Shown here: positions 1 to 9,700 of the stretch, one piece after another
How the letters are laid out: each line of letters starts with the position of its first letter
Numbering within the stretch: position 1 is the stretch's first letter
Assembly (NCBI GenBank): GCA_903915465.1
Contig: CAIWTA010000113.1
Location: forward strand, 1-28,856
Direction of reading: 5' to 3'
DNA length: 28,856 nucleotides
Origin: an uncultured Bacteroidales bacterium
Lineage (GTDB): Bacteria > Bacteroidota > Bacteroidia > Bacteroidales > FEN-979
The notes under the pieces: generated by a model
The model's input: only the letters and a program-made list of their open reading frames with translations
What the model was told of the DNA's origin: nothing
Database searches by the model: none
Made by a program: the position numbers and the translations under genes

Positions 1-555
1 ATATCTATAGAAACTTCAATTGAAACAAACGATGGAAGATGGTTTACTGTAAGGATTATGCCTTACCGCACGTTAGACGACCATATCGACGGAGTGGTTA
101 TTACATTTACCGATATAACTTCAGGCAAAATTGCCGAGGATAAACTAACCGAAAGCGAAATGCGATTCAGAACCATTTTTCAGGAATCGCCCATGGGAAT
201 TGCTTTGATTGATTCACTAACGGGGCAAATCTATGAAGTTAATTCTATGTTTGCCAAAATAGCGGGCAGAACAATGGAAGAAATGGTGAAAATCAACTGG
301 ATGAGCATAACGCATCCGGATGATATTCAGGGAGATACTGATAAAATGATGCTACTGAATGCCGGGAAAATAGACGGATTCCGGATGGAAAAACGATACC
401 TTCATCAAGATGGGACTGCTGTATGGATTAACATGACTATTGCTCCTGTGAAAGTTGAAGATAAAACGCACCCGCGCCATCTTTGCATGATTGAGGACAT
501 CACCGATCGCAAGTTGGCGGAAGAGGCCTTGCAGAAAAGCAAGGGAAGTTTATGA
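1..555 (+). CDS. C-terminal part (5'-truncated by the window edge) of a PAS-domain signalling protein. The '...RIMPYRTLDDHIDGVVITFTDIT' segment resembles the PAS junction of CheR/CheB-type methyltransferase-PAS fusion proteins.
   Basis: Frame 1 is open from base 1 to the stop at 553-555. The PAS-like block (FRTIFQESPMGIALID...HPDD...) is followed by the usual 'EDITDRKLAEEAL' linker. An upstream ATG at 58 exists but the frame stays open to the edge. Confidence 0.65.
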   Translation: MSIETSIETNDGRWFTVRIMPYRTLDDHIDGVVITFTDITSGKIAEDKLTESEMRFRTIFQESPMGIALIDSLTGQIYEVNSMFAKIAGRTMEEMVKINWMSITHPDDIQGDTDKMMLLNAGKIDGFRMEKRYLHQDGTAVWINMTIAPVKVEDKTHPRHLCMIEDITDRKLAEEALQKSKGSL

Positions 556-572
556 AATAAAACATCCAAAAT

Positions 573-3500
573 ATGGTCTCCGTTGTAAAATATTTTTCAA
601 TGATAAAAAAAGACACCAAATCCAATTCTGCAAACCTTCGCAAAAAAGCAGAGGAGCTGCTGAAATCGAAACCATCCACTTCATCTTCGCGCAGTGTCAG
701 TAAAACTAATCAACCAATTAACCAATCTGAATCCGCAACGCTGAAACTCCTTAATGAGATGAAGGTGTACCAGGTAGAGCTGGAGTTGCAGAATGATGAG
801 CTCATGCTGGCGAAAGAACAGGGAGAAATGGCTGCTGCAAAATATGCTGAATTATACGATTTTGCGCCAACAGGATATTTTACCCTTTCCAAAGACGGTA
901 AAATTATTGCGCTAAACCTATGCGGATCGCAAATGCTTGGAAAAGAACGCTTGCGTTTGACGAACAGTAGTTTTGGCCTTTTTGTTTCCAATAATACAAA
1001 ACCAATCTTCAATCTATTTCTCAAGAAAGTATTTAACAGCAAAACCAAAAAAAACTGCGAGGTAGTTCTTTCAGTTAAGGGTAATTTACCCTTGTATGTC
1101 TACCTCACCGGCATCATGACTGGAAATGGAGACCAATGTCTTATAACCGCGGTTGATATGACCGAACACAAGAGGGCAGAAGATGAGTCGCGTGAAAACG
1201 AGGAAAACTTTCGTTCCATATTTGAAAATAACTCCGTAGCAATTGCCATAATTGAACGAGATTCGACCATATCTATGGTAAATGAAGAATATTGCAAATT
1301 GAGTGGTTACACTAAGCAAGAGGTTTCGGGAATGAGTTGGACACAACAAATACCACCTGAGGAACTTAAACGATTAAAAGAATATACCCGCAGAAGGCTG
1401 ATAAATCCCACTAATGCTCCTGATAAATACGAATTTAAATATTATCATAAAAATGGTGAAATAAGGAATGCGCTTATCTCTGTCACCATGATTCAAAGCG
1501 ACAGACAAATTATCGCCTCATTCATTGATATCACTGAGCGGAAGCAGGCGGAAGATGAGATCAAACGCAGCGATGCTGCACTCAATCGTCAGGAAGAACT
1601 GCTCTTATCGCTTCTCGATAACCTACAAATGGGCGTCTTCATGGTAGAGGCACCATCTGGGAATCCTCTGGTGGCGAACGAAGCGGCTTTTAATATTCTG
1701 GGACGGGGAATCCTTCTCGATGCATCCAAGCAGAATCCATCAGAACTCTGCATAGCCCGCAAAATAGGGAACCTCGACCCTTATCCTCCGGAAGAAATGC
1801 CCCTCCTGCTGGGGATGGCCGGCAAGTCTACACACGTTGACGACATGGTGATTGAGCGTCCTGACGGCACTAACGTACGCTTGGAGGTATTCGGCTCGCC
1901 TGTGATGGACGACCAGGGAAAGATATGGGCAAGTCTAATGAGTTTCTTTGACATCACCGAACGCAAACAGGCGGAAAGACTTCAATATCTGTCAAATAAA
2001 ATATTAGGTGTTCTTAACAGCAACCTGAACTTGAAAGATATGATTGGTGGTGTCTTAAAGACGATCCAACAGGAAACGAAATTTTCCGCTCTGGGAATTC
2101 GCATCAAAAGCGGTGATGATTTTCCCTATTTTTCACAAATCGGTTTTTCTGAGGATTTTCTTACAACAGAAAATACCCTGACAGTTAAAGGCAGAGATGG
2201 CGGGATATGCTGGGAAAAAAACGGCATACCCTGCATTGAATGTTTCTGTGGTTTAGTGCTTTCAGCGCAAGCAGATTCTACAAATCCTTTGTTTACTGAG
2301 CAGGGAAGTTTCTGGACAAACAATTCGCCTGTATTATCGGGTATGTCAACTGGCAAAGAGTCAAGACATAACTATCGAAACCGTTGCATTCGTGAAGGCT
2401 TCCTTTCGGTAGCACTTATCCCCATCCGCGCTAACGAGGAAGTTGTTGGCCTTTTGCAACTCAACGACCGGAAAAAAGATTGTTTTTCCCACAGTATGAT
2501 GCAGTTTTTTGAAAGTCTTTGCGAAATAATCGGTGTAGCGCTAATGCGGAAACAGGCAGAAGAAGCATTGGAGCAAAGCCACAAGCTTCTTTTCAAACTT
2601 TCGGAGCAGGTGCCCGGTGTTATTTACCAATACAGGTTATTCCCCGATGGACGCTCCTGCTTTCCATATTCGAGTACAGGAATGAAAGATATTTACGAGG
2701 TTTCGCCAGATGATGTTCGCGAAGATGCCACAGCTGTTTTCGGGATGCTGCATCCCGATGACTTAGAGCGGGTTTCCGAATTAATCTTTGAATCAGCCCG
2801 TACCCTTCAACGATTCCTTTGCGAGTTTCGGGTTGTGCTTCCAAGACAGGGCTTGCGCTGGCGGCATAGCGATGCAATTCCAATCCGGCTGGAAGACAAC
2901 AGCACACTTTGGCATGGCATTATATACGATATCACCGAGATTAAAAAAACAGAATCAGAATTAATATCAGCCAAAGAAAAAGCAGAAGAAAGCGATCGTT
3001 TGAAATCTGCATTTCTCGCAAATATGAGCCATGAAATCAGAACACCTATGAACGGTATTCTGGGTTTTGCGGGACTACTTAAAAGACCGAAGTTAACAGG
3101 TAAAGAACGGAAGGAGTATATCAGCATCATTGAGAAAAGTGGCGACCGTATGCTCAATATTATAAACGATATAATCAATATCTCAAAAGTAGAATCTGGC
3201 CAAATGGGAATTTATATTTCAGAAACGAATATAAACGAACAAATCGAATACATCTATACCTTCTTCAAGCCAGAGGTTGAACAAAAAGGAATACAGATTT
3301 TCTTTAAAAATCCGTTGCCGGCAAAAGAAGCCATCATCAAAACAGATCGCGAGAAACTCTACGGCGTTTTTACCAACCTTGTTAAAAATGCAATTAAATT
3401 TACATCTGCCGGCTCCATTGAACTTGGTTATGAGAAAAAAGGTAAATACATTGAATTTTTTGTAAAAGATACAGGTGCCGGCATTCGTCAGGAACAGAAG

Positions 3501-4100
3501 GAGATCATTTTTGAAAGATTCAGGCAAGGTAGTGAGTCGCATTCCAGAAATTATGAAGGTGCAGGATTGGGTTTGTCCATTTCGAAAGCGTATGTGGAAT
3601 TACTGGGTGGAAAAATTTGGGTAGAAAGTGCGCTAGAAAAAGGATCAATATTTTATTTTACCCTTCCTTATAACCCTGCACAGAAAGAGAAAATAGCCAT
3701 CAATCATGTTGCTTCTGCTGATGGAGATAAGGATCAATTAAAAAATCTGAAAATATTAATTGTCGAAGACGATGCACCATCTGCAATACTAATTGCAATG
3801 GCAGTCAAAATATTTTGTAAAGACTTTTTAAACGCCAGAACCGGAGTCGAAGCTATTGAAGCTTGCCGCAATAATCCTGACCTTGATTTAATTCTGATGG
3901 ATATTAAAATGTCAGAAATGGACGGATATGAGGCCACACGGCAAATCCGGCAATTTAATAAAGATGTGATTATTATCGCGCAAACTGCTTTTGGCATGAC
4001 AAGCGACAGAGAAAAGGCAATAGAGGCGGGGTGCAATAACTACATCGCAAAACCCATCAACATCGAAGAGTTAACAGTTTTAGTGGAAAAGTATTTTTAA
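573..4100 (+). CDS. Hybrid sensor histidine kinase/response regulator, 1175 aa. N-terminal coiled-coil, several PAS domains, a GAF-like segment, a HisKA dimerisation box, a HATPase_c domain and a C-terminal receiver domain.
   Basis: Repeated PAS linkers ('DITERKQAE', 'DMTEHKRAE', 'DITEIKKTE'). H-box 'LANMSHEIRTPMNGILGF'. G-boxes 'KDTGAGI' and 'GAGLGLSISK'. Receiver domain 'ILIVEDDAPS...LILMDIKMSEMDG...IAKP'. It starts 18 nt after the upstream PAS gene on the same strand. Confidence 0.9.
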   Translation: MVSVVKYFSMIKKDTKSNSANLRKKAEELLKSKPSTSSSRSVSKTNQPINQSESATLKLLNEMKVYQVELELQNDELMLAKEQGEMAAAKYAELYDFAPTGYFTLSKDGKIIALNLCGSQMLGKERLRLTNSSFGLFVSNNTKPIFNLFLKKVFNSKTKKNCEVVLSVKGNLPLYVYLTGIMTGNGDQCLITAVDMTEHKRAEDESRENEENFRSIFENNSVAIAIIERDSTISMVNEEYCKLSGYTKQEVSGMSWTQQIPPEELKRLKEYTRRRLINPTNAPDKYEFKYYHKNGEIRNALISVTMIQSDRQIIASFIDITERKQAEDEIKRSDAALNRQEELLLSLLDNLQMGVFMVEAPSGNPLVANEAAFNILGRGILLDASKQNPSELCIARKIGNLDPYPPEEMPLLLGMAGKSTHVDDMVIERPDGTNVRLEVFGSPVMDDQGKIWASLMSFFDITERKQAERLQYLSNKILGVLNSNLNLKDMIGGVLKTIQQETKFSALGIRIKSGDDFPYFSQIGFSEDFLTTENTLTVKGRDGGICWEKNGIPCIECFCGLVLSAQADSTNPLFTEQGSFWTNNSPVLSGMSTGKESRHNYRNRCIREGFLSVALIPIRANEEVVGLLQLNDRKKDCFSHSMMQFFESLCEIIGVALMRKQAEEALEQSHKLLFKLSEQVPGVIYQYRLFPDGRSCFPYSSTGMKDIYEVSPDDVREDATAVFGMLHPDDLERVSELIFESARTLQRFLCEFRVVLPRQGLRWRHSDAIPIRLEDNSTLWHGIIYDITEIKKTESELISAKEKAEESDRLKSAFLANMSHEIRTPMNGILGFAGLLKRPKLTGKERKEYISIIEKSGDRMLNIINDIINISKVESGQMGIYISETNINEQIEYIYTFFKPEVEQKGIQIFFKNPLPAKEAIIKTDREKLYGVFTNLVKNAIKFTSAGSIELGYEKKGKYIEFFVKDTGAGIRQEQKEIIFERFRQGSESHSRNYEGAGLGLSISKAYVELLGGKIWVESALEKGSIFYFTLPYNPAQKEKIAINHVASADGDKDQLKNLKILIVEDDAPSAILIAMAVKIFCKDFLNARTGVEAIEACRNNPDLDLILMDIKMSEMDGYEATRQIRQFNKDVIIIAQTAFGMTSDREKAIEAGCNNYIAKPINIEELTVLVEKYF

Positions 4101-4194
4101 AATACATGTTCCCCGATAGCGGACAATAACGTATGATCAGAAAAATGATTATAACGATAATGATGCCCTCTACTTTGATTATGCACCTGGGCGT

Positions 4195-6132
4195 CTACTT
4201 TATTATCAATTTTTTTGTCACAATTTCTTTGTCAGACTTTGCTTTTATTATATAAATTCCGCTGGATAAATTTACTAAAACAATTTTCACCTTTGTGTCG
4301 TCGTTATTGATTGTTCTTATAATTTGTCCTTCGAGATTAAGAATTTCTATTGTGGCTTTTACAGGAATCGTGATTGTGAAGTTTCCTGTAGATGGATTTG
4401 GATAAATAGTAAATTGATTGTTGATTCCTGCCTCATTAATTCCAATGTGATTTATTGTTACACAAGAAGATGTATCTGAACAGCCATTACCATTCATTGT
4501 AACCACTACTGCGTAAGCTCCATTTGCTGTTGCTGTGTAGCTTTGACTGGTTGCACCCTGAATGGCTAAACCGGTAGCACAGTTCAACCATTGATATCCG
4601 GCTCCACTAAGGTTTGCAGTTATAGTTGGTGAACTTAAAGTAGTATTTACATCTGGCAAAGCGTTTATTGAAATAGCACTGCCATTATCGGTGCCAGTAA
4701 CCACAGGATTACTTCCAACAACCCTTATTCTGTAAGCATTGCCCGGTGGTGTGATTGCAGGAATTACAGCGCTGATGGTACCCGCGTTTGTAGAAGTAAT
4801 GCTGCCAATAGTTACAGGCGATGCAAACGAACCTGATGCATCCGACAGTTGAGCGGTAAATACGTTACCTGCATCATAAGCTCCGGATATTGTAAAAGGA
4901 ACATCAATGGAACCACCCACACAATTGGTTAAATCAACTGGTGATGTAGCGATAGTTACCGGAATTTCTATAAGGTTGGTGTATTGTGGATTCCTTCCGT
5001 TGGTTCCATCAAAATCAAGCTTTTTGGTAAAAGTAGATGTAACCGGATTAAATTGAAACAAAACCCCCATATCATTTGCTCCACCGCTGTTAGTCATTCC
5101 ATACAGATTTCCATCAAATGCCTGCATTAAAGAGCCAAACGGAGAACCTCCATTGGATGAACCATCAAAATCGAATTTATTAGTAAATGTGGAGGAAACA
5201 GGATCAAATTGAAACAAAACACCAACGCTATGTGCTCCGCCGGCTTCAGTCAATCCATAAAGTTTTCCATCCGCAGCCTGTATTAGTGAGCCATCAGGAT
5301 CGCCTCCGGTTGTCACCATATCAAAATCCAGCTTTTTAGTAAAGTTGTTATTTTGAGGATTAAATTGAAACAAAACGCCATACTCATTTAATCCACCGGA
5401 TTTAGTCATTCCATATAGCATTCCATCAGTTGCCTGTAGTAAAGAACCATAAGGATTTTGTCCTTTTGCTTCACCGTCAAAAGTAATCTTTACAGTAAAG
5501 GCGTTATTACCAGGATTGAATTGAAACAAAACCCCCATATTATTTGCTCCACCCTGGTAAGTCATTCCATAAAGCATTCCATCAGTTGCAAACGTTAAAG
5601 CGCCGCAAGGAGTGCTTCCGGTTGTTGCTCCATCAAAATCAAACAGTTTAGTAAAAGTGTCATTTTGAGGATTAAATTTAAACAAAACGCCATTATCGTT
5701 TGTAGCACTTGTTCCACCCGCAGTAGCCATTCCATAAATAATTCCATCCGGTGTCTGTATTAAAGAACCATAAGGATAACGACCATCTGCAAAATCAAAA
5801 CTATACTTTACAGAATAGGTACTGGTAGTAGGATCAAATTGAAACAAACTACCTGCATTGCCTGCTTCTCCGTAATAAGTCATTCCATATAGTTTTCCAT
5901 CCGATGCCTGCAGTAAAGAGCCATATGGATCTCCTCCTGGTTCAACAAAAGAATATTTAACCATTTCATTATTTCCCGAAGCGTCGGTCTTAAAAATAAT
6001 ACCTGCATCGTTTTGCCCGCCAAAGGCTACTCCCCAAAGTTGTTTCTGGTTTTGGGAATAAATGTTAATACTCAATAATCCCACGATCGTAAAGATTATT
6101 ATTGCTGTTGCTGTGGTAATTGTTTTTTTCAT
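4195..6132 (-). CDS. Secreted tandem-repeat (beta-propeller-like blade) protein with Ig-like domains and a T9SS C-terminal sorting domain.
   Basis: N-terminal signal peptide. About 7 tandem repeats of ~52 aa ('YGMT..GG....GVLFQFNP...FT.K.DFD......P.GSL.QA.DG.LYGMT'). The C-terminus 'FTIYPNPSTGNFTI...LNLEGQII...LSSGIYIIKAKSDKEIVTKKLIIK' matches the Por/T9SS CTD pattern. Confidence 0.8.
   Translation of the reverse strand: MKKTITTATAIIIFTIVGLLSINIYSQNQKQLWGVAFGGQNDAGIIFKTDASGNNEMVKYSFVEPGGDPYGSLLQASDGKLYGMTYYGEAGNAGSLFQFDPTTSTYSVKYSFDFADGRYPYGSLIQTPDGIIYGMATAGGTSATNDNGVLFKFNPQNDTFTKLFDFDGATTGSTPCGALTFATDGMLYGMTYQGGANNMGVLFQFNPGNNAFTVKITFDGEAKGQNPYGSLLQATDGMLYGMTKSGGLNEYGVLFQFNPQNNNFTKKLDFDMVTTGGDPDGSLIQAADGKLYGLTEAGGAHSVGVLFQFDPVSSTFTNKFDFDGSSNGGSPFGSLMQAFDGNLYGMTNSGGANDMGVLFQFNPVTSTFTKKLDFDGTNGRNPQYTNLIEIPVTIATSPVDLTNCVGGSIDVPFTISGAYDAGNVFTAQLSDASGSFASPVTIGSITSTNAGTISAVIPAITPPGNAYRIRVVGSNPVVTGTDNGSAISINALPDVNTTLSSPTITANLSGAGYQWLNCATGLAIQGATSQSYTATANGAYAVVVTMNGNGCSDTSSCVTINHIGINEAGINNQFTIYPNPSTGNFTITIPVKATIEILNLEGQIIRTINNDDTKVKIVLVNLSSGIYIIKAKSDKEIVTKKLIIK
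5020..6040 (-). repeat. Intragenic tandem DNA repeats with a ~150-160 bp period, encoding the ~52-aa protein repeats of the T9SS cargo gene.
   Basis: The plus-strand motif 'ggat(t/c)aaattgaaacaaaac(c/g)cc' recurs at about 5044, 5203, 5360, 5515, 5670 and 5833. Confidence 0.6.
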
Positions 6133-6432
6133 TTTGGTTATTTTTTATAGGTTAAAGATACTTGATTTAATAGGCTAATTTCGACTTGTTTATTAAATTT
6201 TTACATAAAATTATCAATTGTATCATTCATATTTTCCCGTCTTGCTGATAATCATTCAGGGTTTCCGCTGCAAATTACAAAAAATCACGGATTTACTACA
6301 CAAGGCAATTGGCAATCCATATTTCCTTAAAAACCGAAAAAGTTTAGGTCAATAGAAAGAGAATGTGAGTGATATAAGTGCACAACAAAATCCTTTCAAT
6401 AGTCCTTTTACCCCTTGTAGTGTTCATATTTT

Positions 6433-6475
6433 GAAAAAATAAGACAGACAATAAACGGTCTTCCGATTATTTTTC
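6433..6475 (-). terminator. Weak stem-loop overlapping the flotillin stop codon, with a T-run on the minus strand; candidate intrinsic terminator.
   Basis: 'gaaaaaataa gac agacaataaac ggtc ttccga ttatttttc': the outer A/T arms 'gaaaaaataa'/'ttatttttc' and the inner 'aagac'/'gtctt' pair. AT-rich, so not very stable. Confidence 0.25.
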
Positions 6476-8515
6476 AGATTCTGTGTCAGATGTTTTTTCC
6501 TTAAGAGAACCTCCAAGCTTCTGAACCAAAAGGCCGGAGAGAATTGGGAGCAAGGACGAACCATCTGAACTTCCCTGAATCATAATATCAGGAGTAACTT
6601 TGATGTGGCCGGTTGCAATTTGTTTTGAAATTTCAATTGCAACAATTCCATCGGGGGTAAGAGCTTTTTTCTGTGCTTCGTAACCCTTTGCAATACCTTC
6701 TCCTTCTGCGGCTGCAGCGACACCTTTTGCTTTACCAAGAAGTTCTGTTCCTTCTGCTTCACCGGCCATTTCAGCTCTTTTGGCTCCACCCTTACCTTCT
6801 GCGTCAAGGATTACCTTCTTCTTCATATTCTCAGCAATTTTAAGGTCAATGCTCGACTGAACAAGAACACCCTGTTTGTCTGCTTCTGCCTTTTTTGACT
6901 CCATCGCAATTCTGGTCTCCTGAGCCTCCATCTCTTTGTTGTACATTTCCTTCTGTTGTTCAGCAATAACCCTTGCTGTTTGCGTTGCCATGAGATCAGG
7001 AGGAAGCTGGATTTGACAGATGAGAACAGAAACCAGTTCAACATGGTATTTTTCGAGCTCAACTCTTGTCCGGTTTTCTGCTTTTTCCTGTTCTTCATGA
7101 CGATCCTGCATAAAGTTCATTGCGGAAGTTGCGGAAGCCTGGTTACGGAAACTGGAATCAATCATCGGATGAATCACATGATTTATGAGATTATCAATAG
7201 AGCCGATTTTGGAAATCATGTAAGGTGCCTGATCAGGGCGGATCCGGATAATCACTTTCACAGATACTTTCATTTCAAAAGCATCCTTGGATACGATTGC
7301 TAACGGATTGAATTGGTTTTTTTCTCCTTCGTCCCAGTCAATAGTAATGTTAGTTGTATCGACGATATGTGGGATAAAAGCATTTGTGTTTAAATAATAA
7401 ACACCTGGACCTGCAACTTCTTCCTGAATACCACGATATCCTTGAGGAACAACATACCTCTCAATTCCGGCATCCAATCTTTCTTCAACTTCTTTGGTCC
7501 CTTCGATTGTTTTTGGTTCTTCTTTTTGAAGTTTTTCGATGGCATGATGCTCTTTCCCCACATTGGAGATGATAACTGCAACCTGACCTCTTTTAACTTC
7601 TGCTACATCAGCGAAGTTTACCTCAAACATGTATGGATTCACGTAATATGTTCCAGGTTTTAAAAGATCAAGTTGAGGACCTCTCTGGCCACCTTTATCC
7701 AAAAATGCCTGAGCATCCTGAAAATTACTGTGTCCTTCGACAGAGATTGCAATCAATTCTGTTGGAGGAAGAGGTTGGCCATCTTTTGCAGTTATAAGGC
7801 CGATTTTTTTTGATTCAATAATTGTTGCATCAACAATCTTGAAGTCGAAAAGCCAGGTATTGATACGGTGAGTTCCAGGTTGAAGGACATCACTCTGTGG
7901 TCCTTTTTGACCACCATTCAGAAGAAAAAGTTCTCCATTTGAGAAATTCGCATGACCCTCAATTCTCTTTCCTAATAAGCGACCGGGATCGAGTGGCTTA
8001 CCATCTGTTGCGGTTATTACGGCCAGTTGTCCTTTTGGAATTTCAATCTCATCAACTTCCGCTACTTCAAAAAGATAAGGGTTAATCATATACTGACCAG
8101 GAGGAAGAAACGGAACTTGTGGTCCCTTTTGGCCGCCATTGTTAAGAAAAGCTTCTCCGTCCTGGAAATTGTTGCATAAAACAACTTTTGCAAAGATTTG
8201 TCCGCTGGGGATTGTTGCTCCGGCCAGTGCGCGAACTAAACCGACTTTCCCTTCCCCAATAAATTTAAATGGGACCTTCTTTGTTTTGTAGATAAAAGGA
8301 ACCAGAAAGTGAAGATTCGGACCGAGCGTTCTAGCCTGAAGACCAACTTCATTGCGAAGAGCGACAGTGCGTCCAACCATTTCTTTCCCAAAGTACTTTC
8401 TTTCAATCAGGCAAATATTTAAACCCCTTACATTGACAAAAGCATTCAGGATTGTCACCAGAATAAGTATGCCCAGCAAAGCTAAGAGCACAGCTGTTAC
8501 AATAGTACTTATCAT
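6467..8515 (-). CDS. Flotillin-like SPFH/band-7 family membrane protein (YqiK/FloT-like), 682 aa. It has an N-terminal transmembrane helix and three internal ~85-aa repeats.
   Basis: TM helix 'IVTAVLLALLGILILVTIL'. SPFH core, and a flotillin-type Ala/Glu/Lys-rich coiled tail 'AEGKGGAKRAEMAGEAEGTELLGKAKGVAAAAEGEGIAKGYEAQKKAL'. Three repeats 'NGGQKGPQ...L.PG.Y.INPY.FEV..V.E..I..G...VI.A.DG.PL'. Confidence 0.85.
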   Translation of the reverse strand: MISTIVTAVLLALLGILILVTILNAFVNVRGLNICLIERKYFGKEMVGRTVALRNEVGLQARTLGPNLHFLVPFIYKTKKVPFKFIGEGKVGLVRALAGATIPSGQIFAKVVLCNNFQDGEAFLNNGGQKGPQVPFLPPGQYMINPYLFEVAEVDEIEIPKGQLAVITATDGKPLDPGRLLGKRIEGHANFSNGELFLLNGGQKGPQSDVLQPGTHRINTWLFDFKIVDATIIESKKIGLITAKDGQPLPPTELIAISVEGHSNFQDAQAFLDKGGQRGPQLDLLKPGTYYVNPYMFEVNFADVAEVKRGQVAVIISNVGKEHHAIEKLQKEEPKTIEGTKEVEERLDAGIERYVVPQGYRGIQEEVAGPGVYYLNTNAFIPHIVDTTNITIDWDEGEKNQFNPLAIVSKDAFEMKVSVKVIIRIRPDQAPYMISKIGSIDNLINHVIHPMIDSSFRNQASATSAMNFMQDRHEEQEKAENRTRVELEKYHVELVSVLICQIQLPPDLMATQTARVIAEQQKEMYNKEMEAQETRIAMESKKAEADKQGVLVQSSIDLKIAENMKKKVILDAEGKGGAKRAEMAGEAEGTELLGKAKGVAAAAEGEGIAKGYEAQKKALTPDGIVAIEISKQIATGHIKVTPDIMIQGSSDGSSLLPILSGLLVQKLGGSLKEKTSDTESEK

Positions 8516-8903
8516 ACTTTAAACTCCTATATTAAATTCGCTTACTCTTTTAAGGATTTTCCGCTTTCTCCTTTAATTTTTTAAAGACGAAAATTTGTTT
8601 CAATTATAGCATATTCTTGACAAATGTGCAATTTTTTGTTGGGTATATTTAGCTTTAAAAGCAATATCACAAAAAAAAATCGAGCATGATTCATAGCACT
8701 CATAATTTTTTGTCGACGGTACTGGAAAAGCCGCTCACTTTGACCGGTCTTCGGCGGAGCAATCTGATCACTACTCCATGTTGATGGTTAAGATGATATG
8801 GTGGTCAGTAAAAACCGGCAGAGGGGCGTTGTTTTGACGATTTTTTCAGATAAATCATCTGTTGATGTAATCAACATCATAAAAGGATGAATTACAAAAT
8901 TTT

Positions 8904-8936
8904 TTTGGACAGGAAGGAAGTTTATAATTAGTTTTG
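8904..8936 (+). promoter_or_regulatory. Candidate Bacteroidetes sigma-A promoter (-33 TTTG, -7 TAgtTTTG) for the 8968 gene.
   Basis: 'tttg' at 8904-8907, then 21 nt, then 'tagttttg' at 8929-8936, 31 nt upstream of the ATG at 8968. Confidence 0.3.
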
Positions 8937-8967
8937 ATCATTCTAAACAAGTCTTAATTCTTATACC

Positions 8968-9696
8968 ATGAAAAAAATAATCACAATTACTGCTTTTCTT
9001 ATCGCTGTTATTTCCTTATCCGGAATGACGCAGGAAATGAACCTCGATACACTTTTGTCCAGATATTATAAAACAATCGGAATGGCTACCATAAAGGATT
9101 GGAATACCCTGATTATGAAGGGAAAGACAACTGCCCAGGGGATGGATCTTCCTGTCACTATTTATATGAAACGACCAGGAAAGATCAGGGTTGAGGTTGA
9201 GATCCAGGGAAATAAAATGCTCCAGGTTCTAGACGGACAGTCCGGATGGAGTGTCATTCCATGGTCCGGTACAATGGATCCGCAGGATATGACACCGGAC
9301 GACGTAAAAGGGATGAAACAGCAGGCTGATTTTGAAGGTTCACTGTACAACTGGAAAGAGAAAGGACATAAACTTGAGTTTATCGGGAAGGAAGATATGG
9401 ACGGAACGCAGGTATATAAGCTCAAAGCCGTCCTTGCCAATGAAAATATTGAGACCTATTATTTTGATGCGGAGAGTTTTGTCCCTATTAAAGTTTCGAG
9501 TGTTATGAAAATACAGGGAAATGAAACTGAAAGCGAAAGTTTGCCAGGCAATTATAAAGCGGTGGAAGGAGCAATGATGCCATTTGCCATCGAGAATAAA
9601 TTTAAAGGTCAGACTGTTTCAAACGTTTTAATTGAAACCTATGAAGTTAATAAAGTTGTAGACGATAATCTCTTCATCAAGCCGTTAAAAAAATAG
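8968..9696 (+). CDS. LolA-like outer-membrane lipoprotein-sorting family protein, secreted, 242 aa.
   Basis: Signal peptide 'MKKIITITAFLIAVISLSG'. Size and beta-rich composition fit the LolA/LppX-fold lipoprotein-sorting family. This is recalled similarity, not a database hit. Confidence 0.45.
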   Translation: MKKIITITAFLIAVISLSGMTQEMNLDTLLSRYYKTIGMATIKDWNTLIMKGKTTAQGMDLPVTIYMKRPGKIRVEVEIQGNKMLQVLDGQSGWSVIPWSGTMDPQDMTPDDVKGMKQQADFEGSLYNWKEKGHKLEFIGKEDMDGTQVYKLKAVLANENIETYYFDAESFVPIKVSSVMKIQGNETESESLPGNYKAVEGAMMPFAIENKFKGQTVSNVLIETYEVNKVVDDNLFIKPLKK

Positions 9697-9700
9697 TATT

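Noticed and set aside
491-703. 70-aa ORF spanning the PAS-gene stop and the kinase start
   Set aside because: It overlaps two well-supported genes in another frame and has no signal or motif. Most likely spurious.
710-4036. Several 60-120-aa minus-strand ORFs inside the histidine-kinase gene (710-1048, 2807-3178, 3219-3542, 3734-4036)
   Set aside because: All are antisense to a long conserved-domain CDS, with low-complexity translations. They are shadow ORFs.
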